Part shown: piece after piece, positions 17,694-27,308 of the stretch
Layout of the letters: every line of letters begins with the position of its first letter
Numbering within the stretch: the first letter of the stretch is position 1
Virus record (IMG/VR): IMGVR_UViG_3300045988_108506
Coordinates: 1 to 64,000 of that record
DNA: 64,000 nucleotides
Reading direction: 5' to 3' (one strand)
From: a virus
Notes under the pieces: model-generated
What the model was told of the DNA's origin: nothing
Database searches by the model: none
Seen by the model: only the letters and a program-made list of their open reading frames with translations
Translations under genes and position numbers: made by a program

Positions 17694-19009
17694 TAGAACA
17701 GAAAATAAAAATATTGACAGATTTAGGGTTTGTCCCTATGGTGGAAGGAGAAGGAAATACGTTATTTAGGATGAACGATGTTGTGATGTCGGTATCAGAT
17801 CCTAATCAGACACCAGAGCAATTGAAAAAGGAAGTTATGTCTTTAATAAAGAACAGAGACATAGCAGAAAGAGGCGGACAGGTTCCAGTAGTTGAAGAGC
17901 CGGCGCCTGAGCCAGAGCAGGCCCAGAAGGAGGAACCGGAAGCTCCGGAGGAGGGAGCCGCTTCTAACCCTGGAGAAGAGGATTCGAATCCGTTTACAGA
18001 AAATCAGGAAACGTTAGAGCCGTTTTATATCTGTGATGAGTTAAAGAAGATCGAGACTCCCAAATTCGTAAGATTGACATTAGACGGTAATCGTTTTTAT
18101 GTAAGAAAGATGGATGATGGGACAGCCAAGATATATGCTTCGGTAACAACCATGATCAGAGACGGATTCGTAGATGACAAGACGGCTCTTCAAGAATGGA
18201 GACAGGAGATGAGGATGATTGGTCGCAATCCGGAAGAAGTATCAGAATATGATGCAGATAAAGGAACGATCATGCACTACCTATACGGATTGTACTTGAC
18301 GGGTAGAGATATGGTCTTAAATCGAAGTTTTATAGTTAAGACAGTGCAAGAAGGCAAGCTTAAAATATCAAAAAAGAATCTTGACAAATTCTTTGGTAGC
18401 ATAGATGATCTTGACGATATGATTGTCAGAGTTATGAAGTTTGCTAAGTTTTGTTCGGAGTATAAGGTTAAGCCGATGATGATTGAAAGAATATTGTCAT
18501 TAGAAGATTATTTGGTAGCTACGCCGATAGATGCGATGGTTAAAATGACATTCAAATACAAAGAAGAAGGTTATTTTGGAGCCGTGTATCAAAGGGCTAC
18601 GGGGCAGTTCAAAAAAGGAGATCCGAAGAAGGAAGTAAGAGAAGTGGAGAAAGAAGAGATTGTTATCTTAGATTTTAAATCAGGTGACATACGAAATGAA
18701 CATGCTTTTCAATTGGAGGCTGAAAGGAGAATGGTTAAAAACTGGTACGGAATTGATGCACGTATTATGAATTTTTCTCCAAAAAGCACGAACAGTAAAG
18801 GTTATACGCTAAAAGAATGGTCTGATAAAAATGCTGCTATGGAGAAAGCGGACTGTGTGTTCCAACAAGGGATGTTGAATCATATCAGAAAAGATAAGAG
18901 GTTTAAAGTGAGAAAAGGAGTGCTGAATATCAATAAGCCGTACAATGAAGAGGATCATATTGTCGTATATGATATTGCTGAGGAAATGTCTAAAAGATTC
19001 GTAATATGA
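17690..19009 (+). CDS. hypothetical protein (439 aa), possibly a PD-(D/E)xK-type nuclease
   Basis: Acidic low-complexity PE-rich linker. EIVILDFKSGD resembles the (D/E)xK/KSG motif also seen in the Cas4-like gene. Weak. Confidence 0.55.
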   Translation: MIEQKIKILTDLGFVPMVEGEGNTLFRMNDVVMSVSDPNQTPEQLKKEVMSLIKNRDIAERGGQVPVVEEPAPEPEQAQKEEPEAPEEGAASNPGEEDSNPFTENQETLEPFYICDELKKIETPKFVRLTLDGNRFYVRKMDDGTAKIYASVTTMIRDGFVDDKTALQEWRQEMRMIGRNPEEVSEYDADKGTIMHYLYGLYLTGRDMVLNRSFIVKTVQEGKLKISKKNLDKFFGSIDDLDDMIVRVMKFAKFCSEYKVKPMMIERILSLEDYLVATPIDAMVKMTFKYKEEGYFGAVYQRATGQFKKGDPKKEVREVEKEEIVILDFKSGDIRNEHAFQLEAERRMVKNWYGIDARIMNFSPKSTNSKGYTLKEWSDKNAAMEKADCVFQQGMLNHIRKDKRFKVRKGVLNINKPYNEEDHIVVYDIAEEMSKRFVI

Positions 19010-19239
19010 GTGATATTGTTATTCCTAAAGGAGATTATGTGGAAATCGTAAAACCGATATGTATCAATCCTTTTGGTGATTATTTTATTAACATCAAAAG
19101 GGGTTCAAGATTAAGATTATCGAAAGATTTGAAAATAGGGGATAAGTATGCAATATGCATACTCACATCTTACGAGAAATATGGCAAGACTGTTAATGTG
19201 ACAATGCCTATACTGGTTAGAAACACAAGAAGAGTATGA
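19006..19239 (+). CDS. hypothetical protein (77 aa)
   Basis: Six-frame ORF. Confidence 0.45.
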   Translation: MSDIVIPKGDYVEIVKPICINPFGDYFINIKRGSRLRLSKDLKIGDKYAICILTSYEKYGKTVNVTMPILVRNTRRV

Positions 19240-19586
19240 AAAGAAAAATTAGAAGAACCGGGGAGATAATAGACGTAATCACCTTCAATGGTTCAACTAT
19301 AAGAAGAGACTATGACAAAATACAATTCTATGACAGCAACGGAAGTGTGATAAATGAGAGTTTAAATTATTATCTCGATACCCTTCCTGTGGATGATGAG
19401 AACAAAGATGTAGACTGGGAACAACGTAGATTCGATCTTGTTAAGGCTTATTCTATTGAGTTCATTAAAATGCAAGATAGAAAAGGAGAAATAGATTGCG
19501 GAGTATATATACCAGATGTGGTGTCATGGTCTATAACTATAGCGGATAGAATCATAGAAGCAATGAGAGGAGTTAAAAATGCTTGA
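19236..19586 (+). CDS. hypothetical protein (116 aa)
   Basis: Six-frame ORF. Confidence 0.5.
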   Translation: MKRKIRRTGEIIDVITFNGSTIRRDYDKIQFYDSNGSVINESLNYYLDTLPVDDENKDVDWEQRRFDLVKAYSIEFIKMQDRKGEIDCGVYIPDVVSWSITIADRIIEAMRGVKNA

Positions 19587-20592
19587 TTTCAGAAGATACG
19601 AAAACGTACCCCGGTTTCAACTTGACCGCAGGCCCGGAAGGAGCCGACTGAAGCTAACCTGCCCAGCTTGCGGGAAAAGCCGGTGTCTCACCCCTTATAT
19701 TGATGTGGCAACAGGCCAGGTTGTTGGCAACGAGTTCGGAAGATGCGATCATGAACGGACTTGCGGTTACGATAAACGACCTACTGGTAAGGATGTAGGT
19801 GACAAAGATCTTTGGATCTCGGGAAACAAGTGTATAAGAGCTTATCGTCCTCCTGTAAATCCTGACGTTGTAAATTACATACCTTTTAGCGAGTTTGAGA
19901 GGACTGTAGTTCCAGACGATAGAAACACCGTATTTAGATTTTTATCGTCTCTATGGGGAAAAGAAAGGGTATCTGACGTATTTAGAAGGTATCATGTTGG
20001 AACAATGGACTTATGGGGATGGAAAGGGTGTTGTATATTCTGGCAGATAGATAAGGACTTTGTATGCAGAACCGGCAAGATTATGGATTTTTATATAAAG
20101 ACCGACAGCCAGGGGAATGAGATTGATGTAAAAAGAGTGAAGGAAAAAGACGGTGACAATGAGCGACCTCATGTCATGTTTTATCACTCGTTGCATGCAA
20201 GAGACTTCTTGTTTAGACAATGCCTGTTTGGAGAACATCTTCTAAGCCAGTATCCAGATAAGGTAGTTAATCTGGTGGAATCAGAAAAGACGGCTATTAT
20301 ATGCGCTGTGAATAAACCAGATGAGTTATTTGTAGCTACCGGTGGGTTGCAGAATCTAAGGCCGGAAGTGATAGATGTTTTAAAAGATAGAAAGACTGTA
20401 GCTTTTCCGGACAAAGGACAAGCATTTGAGACATGGAGTAAAAAGATAGATGGGATGATGATGAAGTCAAGGATAAAAGTATCAGACTATCTTCAAAATG
20501 TTGAAAATGTAGGAGACGGAGATGATGTGGCAGATTTGATAATTAGTAACAAGGTAAAAGAAAAACAGTATGAGCCTGGACGTTTATATTAA
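19579..20592 (+). CDS. putative DNA primase (N-terminal zinc ribbon plus Toprim-like acidic core)
   Basis: CPACG...CDHERTC zinc-binding motif. VNLVESEKTAIICAV...VAFPDKG...DGDD resembles the Toprim E...DxD arrangement. Lies next to the DnaB-like helicase. Confidence 0.4.
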   Translation: MLDFRRYENVPRFQLDRRPGRSRLKLTCPACGKSRCLTPYIDVATGQVVGNEFGRCDHERTCGYDKRPTGKDVGDKDLWISGNKCIRAYRPPVNPDVVNYIPFSEFERTVVPDDRNTVFRFLSSLWGKERVSDVFRRYHVGTMDLWGWKGCCIFWQIDKDFVCRTGKIMDFYIKTDSQGNEIDVKRVKEKDGDNERPHVMFYHSLHARDFLFRQCLFGEHLLSQYPDKVVNLVESEKTAIICAVNKPDELFVATGGLQNLRPEVIDVLKDRKTVAFPDKGQAFETWSKKIDGMMMKSRIKVSDYLQNVENVGDGDDVADLIISNKVKEKQYEPGRLY

Positions 20593-20923
20593 AAGTAAGA
20601 AGAAAGAAGAGGATCGTGAATGGGTTGCAAACATCACCCACAACATGAACAAGATGGCACAAAGAATATTCGTATCAGAAAATAAAGAAACGCTGTACGA
20701 TTATGTTTGGAGACCAGAAGAATTGGGTAGGGAAATAGATACCGATGAGATGAAGAATGTACTTACAAAAGGTATATGTATTATGATCTCCAAAAGAAAA
20801 AGTCTTTTGAAATACGAGCCAGAAAATGGATGGGGGTCTTATGATTCATTTCTTAAGTTTCTTATCGAATACAAAGAGGCGTGTGAAGATCATCCTGGTT
20901 ATATAATTGAAGCAAGCAGATAA
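20570..20923 (+). CDS. hypothetical protein (117 aa)
   Basis: Six-frame ORF. Confidence 0.5.
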   Translation: MSLDVYIKSKKKEEDREWVANITHNMNKMAQRIFVSENKETLYDYVWRPEELGREIDTDEMKNVLTKGICIMISKRKSLLKYEPENGWGSYDSFLKFLIEYKEACEDHPGYIIEASR

Positions 20924-21182
20924 TATGGAAAATTACAAAAACACTTTAAATGAGGTAGTGGTGATCGAATCGTCACCAGAAACGTATTTTGTTTACGCTA
21001 TTCGTAATGCTATTCGTATCTCTAAATGTGCGTATCCGACAGCCAAGAAAGTAATTTTCAAAAGAGAGGATGTAGAGGTAGAGATTTCGGAAATGGAAAC
21101 TGAAAACAGTTTGTATGAAAAGTTTAAAGAAAAACAAAAGAATAGGGTATGGAACTTAATGAGCGCCAACAACGGGTTTTAA
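20907..21182 (+). CDS. hypothetical protein (91 aa)
   Basis: Six-frame ORF. Confidence 0.45.
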   Translation: MKQADNMENYKNTLNEVVVIESSPETYFVYAIRNAIRISKCAYPTAKKVIFKREDVEVEISEMETENSLYEKFKEKQKNRVWNLMSANNGF

Positions 21183-21715
21183 GAGGCGAAATTTGTCCTT
21201 ATTGCGGAAGAGAAACCGAGTTGATCAATGCCGATAAAGTATATAACAGAAAAGGCTTAGGGATGGTTATGATGTGCAAACCATGCAACGCTTATGTCGG
21301 TGTTCATGAATCAGGGCCGAATAAGGGAAAAGCTAAAGGCCGGCTTGCAGGGCCATCACTGAGATCTCTTAAGATAAGAGTCCATGCCGAACTTGACAGA
21401 CTATGGTCTACGCCGGAGGAACGGGAAAGGATGTATAAAGATTTATCTGAATTTCTCGCTATACCGGAAGAGTACACACATATAGGTATGTTTGGCGAGA
21501 AGACGATGGGAAAAGTCTTTCAGTTCTGTCATGTAAACAAAGAACGATCAGGTTCGAGAATAGAATGGCATAAGCCTGGAGATAAGTGCCCTAATAAAAA
21601 CAATCAAATAGTGTCAGGCAGTAGCGCATGCAGAGGATGTCCTGAGTATCTTCATGATGAGAAAGACGGGTATGTCTGGTGTGATCCTGATATGAGCTAC
21701 GGCAGGTTGAAATAG
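21149..21715 (+). CDS. zinc-finger domain protein (188 aa; CPYCG...CKPCNAYVG)
   Basis: Two CxxC pairs at the N-terminus plus CRGC near the C-terminus. Confidence 0.55.
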   Translation: MELNERQQRVLRGEICPYCGRETELINADKVYNRKGLGMVMMCKPCNAYVGVHESGPNKGKAKGRLAGPSLRSLKIRVHAELDRLWSTPEERERMYKDLSEFLAIPEEYTHIGMFGEKTMGKVFQFCHVNKERSGSRIEWHKPGDKCPNKNNQIVSGSSACRGCPEYLHDEKDGYVWCDPDMSYGRLK

Positions 21716-21723
21716 GGCGCGAA

Positions 21724-22047
21724 TTGCCTATCTTTGTGCTATTATCAATCAAAAAAAAATGTAAGAAGATGGGCAGATCAACAGAGTACTACAGGACTCA
21801 TCCCGAAGCCAGGAAGAAAAAGGCTAAAAAGGACAAGGAAATAAATGCCAGACCGGAACAGAAAGCAAAACGCCGGGAACTTGGTCGTAAAAACTACGAA
21901 ACGGACAAGAAAAAGGGCAAGGGCTGGAGGAAAGGCAAGGATTGTTCTCATACCAAGAACGGTCTTAGGTATAAATCAGTAAAAGCTAATAGGGGATCCA
22001 AATCGGATACAAAAGGTGACAAAAATGCAAGAGGATCTGAAAAATAA
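21724..22047 (+). CDS. highly basic lysine-rich protein (107 aa), possibly a histone-like DNA binder
   Basis: More than 35% K/R residues, e.g. KKKAKKDKE...KKKGKGWRKGKD. Confidence 0.5.
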   Translation: MPIFVLLSIKKKCKKMGRSTEYYRTHPEARKKKAKKDKEINARPEQKAKRRELGRKNYETDKKKGKGWRKGKDCSHTKNGLRYKSVKANRGSKSDTKGDKNARGSEK

Positions 22048-23149
22048 AATAGATATAAGAAGGATATTCAAGACCTCTAAACAGGTCATGGAAGAGGCGT
22101 ATGAGAATATCTTGAAATACAGGCGGGGAGAGCTTATCCCCGCTAAAACCGGATACGATTATATTGATGAGGCTTTGCTTGGAGGTATTTTCCCTCAGCA
22201 TGCTATTGCCATAGGAGCCCGGCCATCTGTAGGTAAATCGTATGTGGCCCAAAAGATATTGGAAAATGTGATGAATCCGATGATCAACCCACAAGCAGAA
22301 GATTATTTTCTTGTCAATTGCGAGTTCGAAATGAATCCTCAAGATCTTCTTCTTCGCAGAATGAGTCAGGATATGAAAAAACGGGCTCCTGAAATATTAA
22401 GAAGGCAAGATTCTAATACAGTAGAAGAGATGAGGATGTTTGAAATCCTTCAAGGTGAAATCAGAAATAATATAATATACATCGACGCTCCGTGTACGGT
22501 AAAAGAGTTTGAGGCGGCTGTATATCATATAGCTACTAAGCACAAAGACAAACGTCTTATAATATTTAAAGTCGATCATATTGCTTTGATAAAAAGAATG
22601 GGATTGGATCCTAAGTCGGCTATAGATGATTTGGTGGCGGTTATGAACGAAGCTAAATTAGTATATAAAAACATATTTTTCCTCATCATATCCCAATTCA
22701 ACAGAGAGATAGAAGGAAGGATAAAAAGCCCACAAGAGCAACCTCCGCGTCTTTCTGATTTTTACCAATCTGATACGCTGGGTCAGTTATGTACGTTAAT
22801 GATAGGTTTGCACAATCCTCGTAGGTACGGGCTGGATAAGTATATGATATTTGGGAAAGATTGGTATCAGACTCTTGATAGGTTTAAAACTGAAAACAAA
22901 ACATCATTCAGGACAGCCGGACTTGTGTTTCATCATATACTGAAGGTAAGGCAAGTTAGTATGGAAGAGCTTACTAATACAATCCACCCAGAGATACTGC
23001 CGGGATATGGATGGATGTACGGGGAGGGCGGGACGAAGTTCGTGAACCCCAACCAGCCGCCGACGCCGCCCAAGCTCTATACTGTGGAAGACGTTACGGA
23101 CAATCAGGAACAAGAACAAGAGACAAAAGAAGAACAGTCATTGTATTAA
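22016..23149 (+). CDS. dnaB: DnaB-family replicative helicase (RecA-like C-terminal domain only)
   Basis: TGYDYIDEALLGGIFPQHAIAIGARPSVGKS matches the DnaB TGfxdLD...GGL...iiaARPsMGKT (Walker A) block. The N-terminal primase-interaction domain is absent. Confidence 0.7.
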   Translation: MTKMQEDLKNKIDIRRIFKTSKQVMEEAYENILKYRRGELIPAKTGYDYIDEALLGGIFPQHAIAIGARPSVGKSYVAQKILENVMNPMINPQAEDYFLVNCEFEMNPQDLLLRRMSQDMKKRAPEILRRQDSNTVEEMRMFEILQGEIRNNIIYIDAPCTVKEFEAAVYHIATKHKDKRLIIFKVDHIALIKRMGLDPKSAIDDLVAVMNEAKLVYKNIFFLIISQFNREIEGRIKSPQEQPPRLSDFYQSDTLGQLCTLMIGLHNPRRYGLDKYMIFGKDWYQTLDRFKTENKTSFRTAGLVFHHILKVRQVSMEELTNTIHPEILPGYGWMYGEGGTKFVNPNQPPTPPKLYTVEDVTDNQEQEQETKEEQSLY

Positions 23150-23163
23150 AAAAAATAAGAACC

Positions 23164-23766
23164 ATGAGACTGACAGTAGAAGAAAACGAATACCTGATAA
23201 GTAAGTTCCTTTTGGTTCTTACTGAGTTTGCAGGAGATGAAAGAGAGATGTTTTTAATCAACTCCATACATGATAAGGCGGTGGCGGATATGAATTATCG
23301 TCTTCCGTCTTTAATAAGCAGAGAACGTAAAAGACGAGTCATTGAGCTCCTTAAAGAAGGAACCAGAATAATCAAGGACTTTTCCGGATATGCAGGTGAT
23401 ATGGGTATGATTAACGAATACGATCGTTTAAAGAAAGAAATAGGAACCGTCCAAGACCAGCTTGGTGACGTAGAAGGTCAACTTCGGGCAGCAGGAGAAG
23501 TTATTAAAAAAGAACTTGATATGATTGCTGACCGAATCAAAGAAGACCTCCTCGACCGAGAACTGGCTAAAAGTAATGCCGAGGCCGAAAGAAAAGCCAA
23601 AGTAGATCCGAGATACGAAGTAGCTTTAGGTGATTACAAGGAGATGCTGGAAGTGATTTTTACAACCAGAAACAAGTATTCTACGGTAGATTCTGTACAT
23701 GACGATCTTCGACAGTCGGTATCTACCGGTAGAAATTCGATTATTAAAGAAGGGTACAACAGTTAA
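23164..23766 (+). CDS. hypothetical coiled-coil protein (200 aa; start trimmed from the track ORF 23011)
   Basis: The track ORF overlaps the helicase gene by 138 nt. The in-frame Met at 23164 follows the helicase stop. Confidence 0.5.
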   Translation: MRLTVEENEYLISKFLLVLTEFAGDEREMFLINSIHDKAVADMNYRLPSLISRERKRRVIELLKEGTRIIKDFSGYAGDMGMINEYDRLKKEIGTVQDQLGDVEGQLRAAGEVIKKELDMIADRIKEDLLDRELAKSNAEAERKAKVDPRYEVALGDYKEMLEVIFTTRNKYSTVDSVHDDLRQSVSTGRNSIIKEGYNS

Positions 23767-23781
23767 AAACAAGGAGGGAAT

Positions 23782-23979
23782 ATGGAAAAGAAGGAATTTA
23801 AAGTAGGAGAAGTATTTACTGCCGGACTTGTAAGATTAAAATGTGTGGAAGGTGATACATGCGATAGGTGTATATTCGAAGATTACGATTCTTGTTCATG
23901 TACAGACATAATTATTGGTCCATGTGAACATGTTGATAGACAAGATAACAAGAATGTTATTTTTATTAAAGCTGATTAA
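23782..23979 (+). CDS. small Cys-rich protein (65 aa)
   Basis: Six-frame ORF. GGAGGGAATATG ribosome-binding site upstream. Confidence 0.45.
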   Translation: MEKKEFKVGEVFTAGLVRLKCVEGDTCDRCIFEDYDSCSCTDIIIGPCEHVDRQDNKNVIFIKAD

Positions 23980-23981
23980 GA

Positions 23982-24695
23982 ATGTACATCAATTTCAGAC
24001 AACTTGCAGCATCAGACATGACTCCTAATGATCTTGCCAATCTTCTTGCCATAAGACAGAAGGATACGGTTATGATCGAAGCCATGCCGGAAGAAGATGC
24101 TGGGAGGTATATAGAGCTTGGCCTGGTTGAGAAATTAAAATCAGGCGTGATGAGATTGACCAACAAAGGAACGTCTTTTGTGAATTATATAGAGACACCG
24201 GAGATGACAGACGAGGTTCTGGAAACGTTGAAGATTATGATAGGAATGTACGAATCATATTCAAAAGACATAGGTGTCAGCAGAAAAGAAGCGGAATCCA
24301 GATTGTGTTGGTTTATGGGTAACACTTCATTCAAGAAAGAGGTCATACTTCAGGTAACGGAATCTTATATAGCAGAGTCAGGAGATTATACAATGAGCTT
24401 ATGTAACTTCATATGGAAACCGCCTTCTCAGGCTTTTTCAGTTCATATGAACCTTAAAAATTCAAAGCTCTTTGACTTAATAGCTGAAAAATTTAAGATC
24501 GCTACCGAGCCTTATTTGGAGTCTAAGAAGAATAAGGAAATGGATTGGTTGTTTGCCGTATCTAAATTGCCTACGCCGCCAGCTAAAGGCAATCCGGATT
24601 ATTTGTTTACCGGAAGTTCTGAAACAGACAAAGAGCGATTGAAAAACATAAAAACGTATTTATTTAACAAAATTAGAAAGCAATGGAAAAAGTAA
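23982..24695 (+). CDS. hypothetical protein (237 aa)
   Basis: Six-frame ORF. Confidence 0.55.
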   Translation: MYINFRQLAASDMTPNDLANLLAIRQKDTVMIEAMPEEDAGRYIELGLVEKLKSGVMRLTNKGTSFVNYIETPEMTDEVLETLKIMIGMYESYSKDIGVSRKEAESRLCWFMGNTSFKKEVILQVTESYIAESGDYTMSLCNFIWKPPSQAFSVHMNLKNSKLFDLIAEKFKIATEPYLESKKNKEMDWLFAVSKLPTPPAKGNPDYLFTGSSETDKERLKNIKTYLFNKIRKQWKK

Positions 24696-24934
24696 GAATC
24701 AGAAAGATAATAGAGGATATAATTATTACTCAGTTTCTTAATTCGGAAATAGATATAGTTCATGAAGAAGATGTGACGTTTAAAGAACTTGGATTAGATT
24801 CTGTTGATCAAATTGAACTGGAAGTGATGGTGGAACAAAAATTCAATATTGTTATTATTGATTATGATATGGAGACCATCAAAGATATGACTGATCTTGT
24901 TTACAAAATAATAACAGAAGGGTATGGGAAGTGA
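24683..24934 (+). CDS. hypothetical protein (83 aa)
   Basis: Six-frame ORF. Confidence 0.45.
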   Translation: MEKVRIRKIIEDIIITQFLNSEIDIVHEEDVTFKELGLDSVDQIELEVMVEQKFNIVIIDYDMETIKDMTDLVYKIITEGYGK

Positions 24935-25412
24935 TATAATTTTATGCATGGCTTTAATAGCATCATTTGCTTTTGTTATACAGTTTTTGTTGTCGATATT
25001 AGGATCTGATCTGGATACGGATATTGACAATGCTTCTGATTTAAGCATGTCTTTATCAGACATCATATCATTTAAGGGTATAACACATTTTATTCTTGGA
25101 TATAGCTGGACTACCTACTTTTCGGGTTCTCATTTAGTAGGGGTTGTGATAGGGTCGTTTTTCTTTATCGTTTTGTTTTACGTATATAAGTTACTTCTTA
25201 AGTTAAAGCAAGAAATGGTGTACGAATGTCCGGAAGATTTAAATGGCAGAGAGGTGGAGATAGTATTTAGATCAGGGAAGAATCATTATATGGTAAATAT
25301 TTCGAAAAATGGAAGACAGGAGCAAATGAGAGTAAGATGTTTGTCTGGAAAAACTTACAAAAACGGTGACAAGGTGAATATAAAATACGAAGAAGGAGAA
25401 CTAAGTATCTAA
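24924..25412 (+). CDS. NfeD-like membrane protein (short YuaF type: N-terminal TM helices plus C-terminal OB-fold beta-barrel)
   Basis: Two or three TM helices, then GREVEIVFRSGKNHYMVNISKNGRQEQMRVRCLSGKTYKNGDKVNIKYEEGE. Encoded immediately upstream of the flotillin gene, as in bacterial nfeD-flotillin operons. Confidence 0.5.
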   Translation: MGSDIILCMALIASFAFVIQFLLSILGSDLDTDIDNASDLSMSLSDIISFKGITHFILGYSWTTYFSGSHLVGVVIGSFFFIVLFYVYKLLLKLKQEMVYECPEDLNGREVEIVFRSGKNHYMVNISKNGRQEQMRVRCLSGKTYKNGDKVNIKYEEGELSI

Positions 25413-25444
25413 TTTTTTTTATCAACAATTAAATTTTAAAAGTT

Positions 25445-27145
25445 ATGACAACAATCATGTACGTGTCAGCTATCTTAGCTGTAGTGATTATTTTGACAAT
25501 CATCGGAGTCTTATCAAGGTATCGTAGATGTAAGCCTAATCAGGTCTTGGTCGTTTATGGTAAGACAGGTGGGGAAAAGAAATCGGCGAAATTATATCAT
25601 GGTGGAGCGGCATTTGTCTTGCCTATTATTCAAAGCTATGATGTTTTGTCAATGGAGCCTATGCAAATAGATTGCAAGCTTACCGGTGCTTTGTCATCTC
25701 AGAATATTAGAGTAGATGTTCCTACGACTATTACAGTAGCTATCAGTACAAATCCAGAGATCATGCAAAATGCGGCAGAAAGACTTTTGGGAATGGATAC
25801 CGAATCTACTGAAAATCTTATTACGGACATCGTTTACGGTCAGATGCGTTTGATTATTGCTGAAATGACAATCGAAAAACTTAATTCTGACAGGGATGAG
25901 TTTTTGGATAAGGCAAGAAAGAACATTGATAACGAGCTTAACAAGTTAGGTCTTTACCTCCTGAACATCAACATCAGTGACATTAGAGACGAAGCCGGTT
26001 ATATTATGAACCTTGGTAAGGAGGCTGAAAGTAGGGCTCTAAACGAAGCACAGGCTAATATCGAAGAACAGGAGAAGCTGGGGGCTATTAAGATTGCTGT
26101 ACAGCAGAAGGAGAAAGAAACGGCTGTGGCTAATACCAAAAAAGAACAAGAGATTCAAATTGCTTGTACTGAAAAAGAAAAGGAAACAATAGTAGCTGAA
26201 ACGAAGAAAGAAAAAGAAATAGCTTTGGCTTTAACCGATAAAGAAAAACAGATTGGTGTAGCTCAAGCAGATAGAGATAGGGCTGCGGTTATCGCAAAAA
26301 CTTTAACCGACAAGGAATCGGCGATCGTAAGATCTAAGGCAGAACTTGAAGTAAATAAAGCCGAGGCTGAAAGGATGGAAGAAGTCGGAAAGAACAAGGC
26401 TGAAGCTGACAAGGAAGCAGCTATAGCAATACAAAACTCTGAAGCTCAGATTAAGAAGGCTGAGGCTGAGAAAAATGCGTCTATAGGATACAACAATGCC
26501 CAGAAGGAGGTTGCTGTGTCAGTATCAGAATTGCAGATTATCAAAGCTCAATCAGAAAAGAAGGCCGGAGAAGAAAAAGTTAAATCGGAAGCGGCTGTAA
26601 AAACAGCAAAAGAGCTTGCAGACAAAGAAGTGGAAGAAGCTAAGGCTAAGAAAGTTCAGGCTGCGCTTAAGGCTGAAAAGATTGTGCCGGCTGAAACCCA
26701 GAAGGAAGAGGCTATCTTGCAAGCTGATGCCGAGGCCGAGAAGATCAAACGCCGGGCTGAGGCTGAGGCATCAGCACATTTGGCAAAAGCTGAGGCAGAG
26801 GCAAAAGCTATTCAGATGAAGCTGGAGGCAGAAGCCGAAGGTAAGAAAAAGTCGTTAATGGCAGAAGCCGACGGATTTAAGGCTATGGTGGAAGCAGCAG
26901 AATCCAATCCTCAGATCGCCATCCAGTACAAGATGGTTAATCAGTGGAAAGAAATTGCCGGAGAACAGGTTAAGGCATTTGAGCACATTAACCTCGGAAA
27001 TATCACGGTATTTGACGGCGGTCAGAACAGTACCGGTAATTTCCTTAACAATGTTGTCAAGACCGTCGCTCCGGCATTGGGAGTCATTGATCAGCTTCCG
27101 ATTGCAGATACTTTAAAGAAATTAAAAGGAGATGACAAAAAATAA
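25445..27145 (+). CDS. flotillin-like SPFH/band-7 protein (YqiK/FloA type) with a long Ala/Glu-rich coiled-coil tail
   Basis: N-terminal TM helix. YRRCKPNQVLVVYGK...HGGAAFVLPIIQSYDVLSMEPMQID matches the SPFH N-terminus. The C-terminal 300 aa are EA/AEAE flotillin-type repeats. Confidence 0.7.
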   Translation: MTTIMYVSAILAVVIILTIIGVLSRYRRCKPNQVLVVYGKTGGEKKSAKLYHGGAAFVLPIIQSYDVLSMEPMQIDCKLTGALSSQNIRVDVPTTITVAISTNPEIMQNAAERLLGMDTESTENLITDIVYGQMRLIIAEMTIEKLNSDRDEFLDKARKNIDNELNKLGLYLLNINISDIRDEAGYIMNLGKEAESRALNEAQANIEEQEKLGAIKIAVQQKEKETAVANTKKEQEIQIACTEKEKETIVAETKKEKEIALALTDKEKQIGVAQADRDRAAVIAKTLTDKESAIVRSKAELEVNKAEAERMEEVGKNKAEADKEAAIAIQNSEAQIKKAEAEKNASIGYNNAQKEVAVSVSELQIIKAQSEKKAGEEKVKSEAAVKTAKELADKEVEEAKAKKVQAALKAEKIVPAETQKEEAILQADAEAEKIKRRAEAEASAHLAKAEAEAKAIQMKLEAEAEGKKKSLMAEADGFKAMVEAAESNPQIAIQYKMVNQWKEIAGEQVKAFEHINLGNITVFDGGQNSTGNFLNNVVKTVAPALGVIDQLPIADTLKKLKGDDKK

Positions 27146-27284
27146 ATACAATGGCCCAAGGTTACACTTGGGCCTAATTGAAGAAATAAAAGCAGCATTC
27201 ATAGATTTCCTGCCTGCGGGAACAGTGATTTTAAGTGCTTTACTAATTACGATATTTTTAACATGGATTTTGGACAAGATTTAG
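27132..27284 (+). CDS. candidate small single-TM peptide (~50 aa) overlapping the flotillin stop codon
   Basis: ATG at 27132 within AAAAGGAGATG. Hydrophobic LPAGTVILSALLITIFLTWIL segment. Speculative. Confidence 0.2.
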   Translation: MTKNKYNGPRLHLGLIEEIKAAFIDFLPAGTVILSALLITIFLTWILDKI

Positions 27285-27308
27285 AACCAGAAGAACTGAC
27301 CGGGCATT

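Noticed and set aside
23011-23163. N-terminal 51 codons of the track ORF 23011-23766
   Set aside because: Overlaps the helicase gene by 138 nt and has an Arg/Gly-rich translation atypical of this genome. The in-frame Met at 23164 immediately after the helicase stop is the likelier start.
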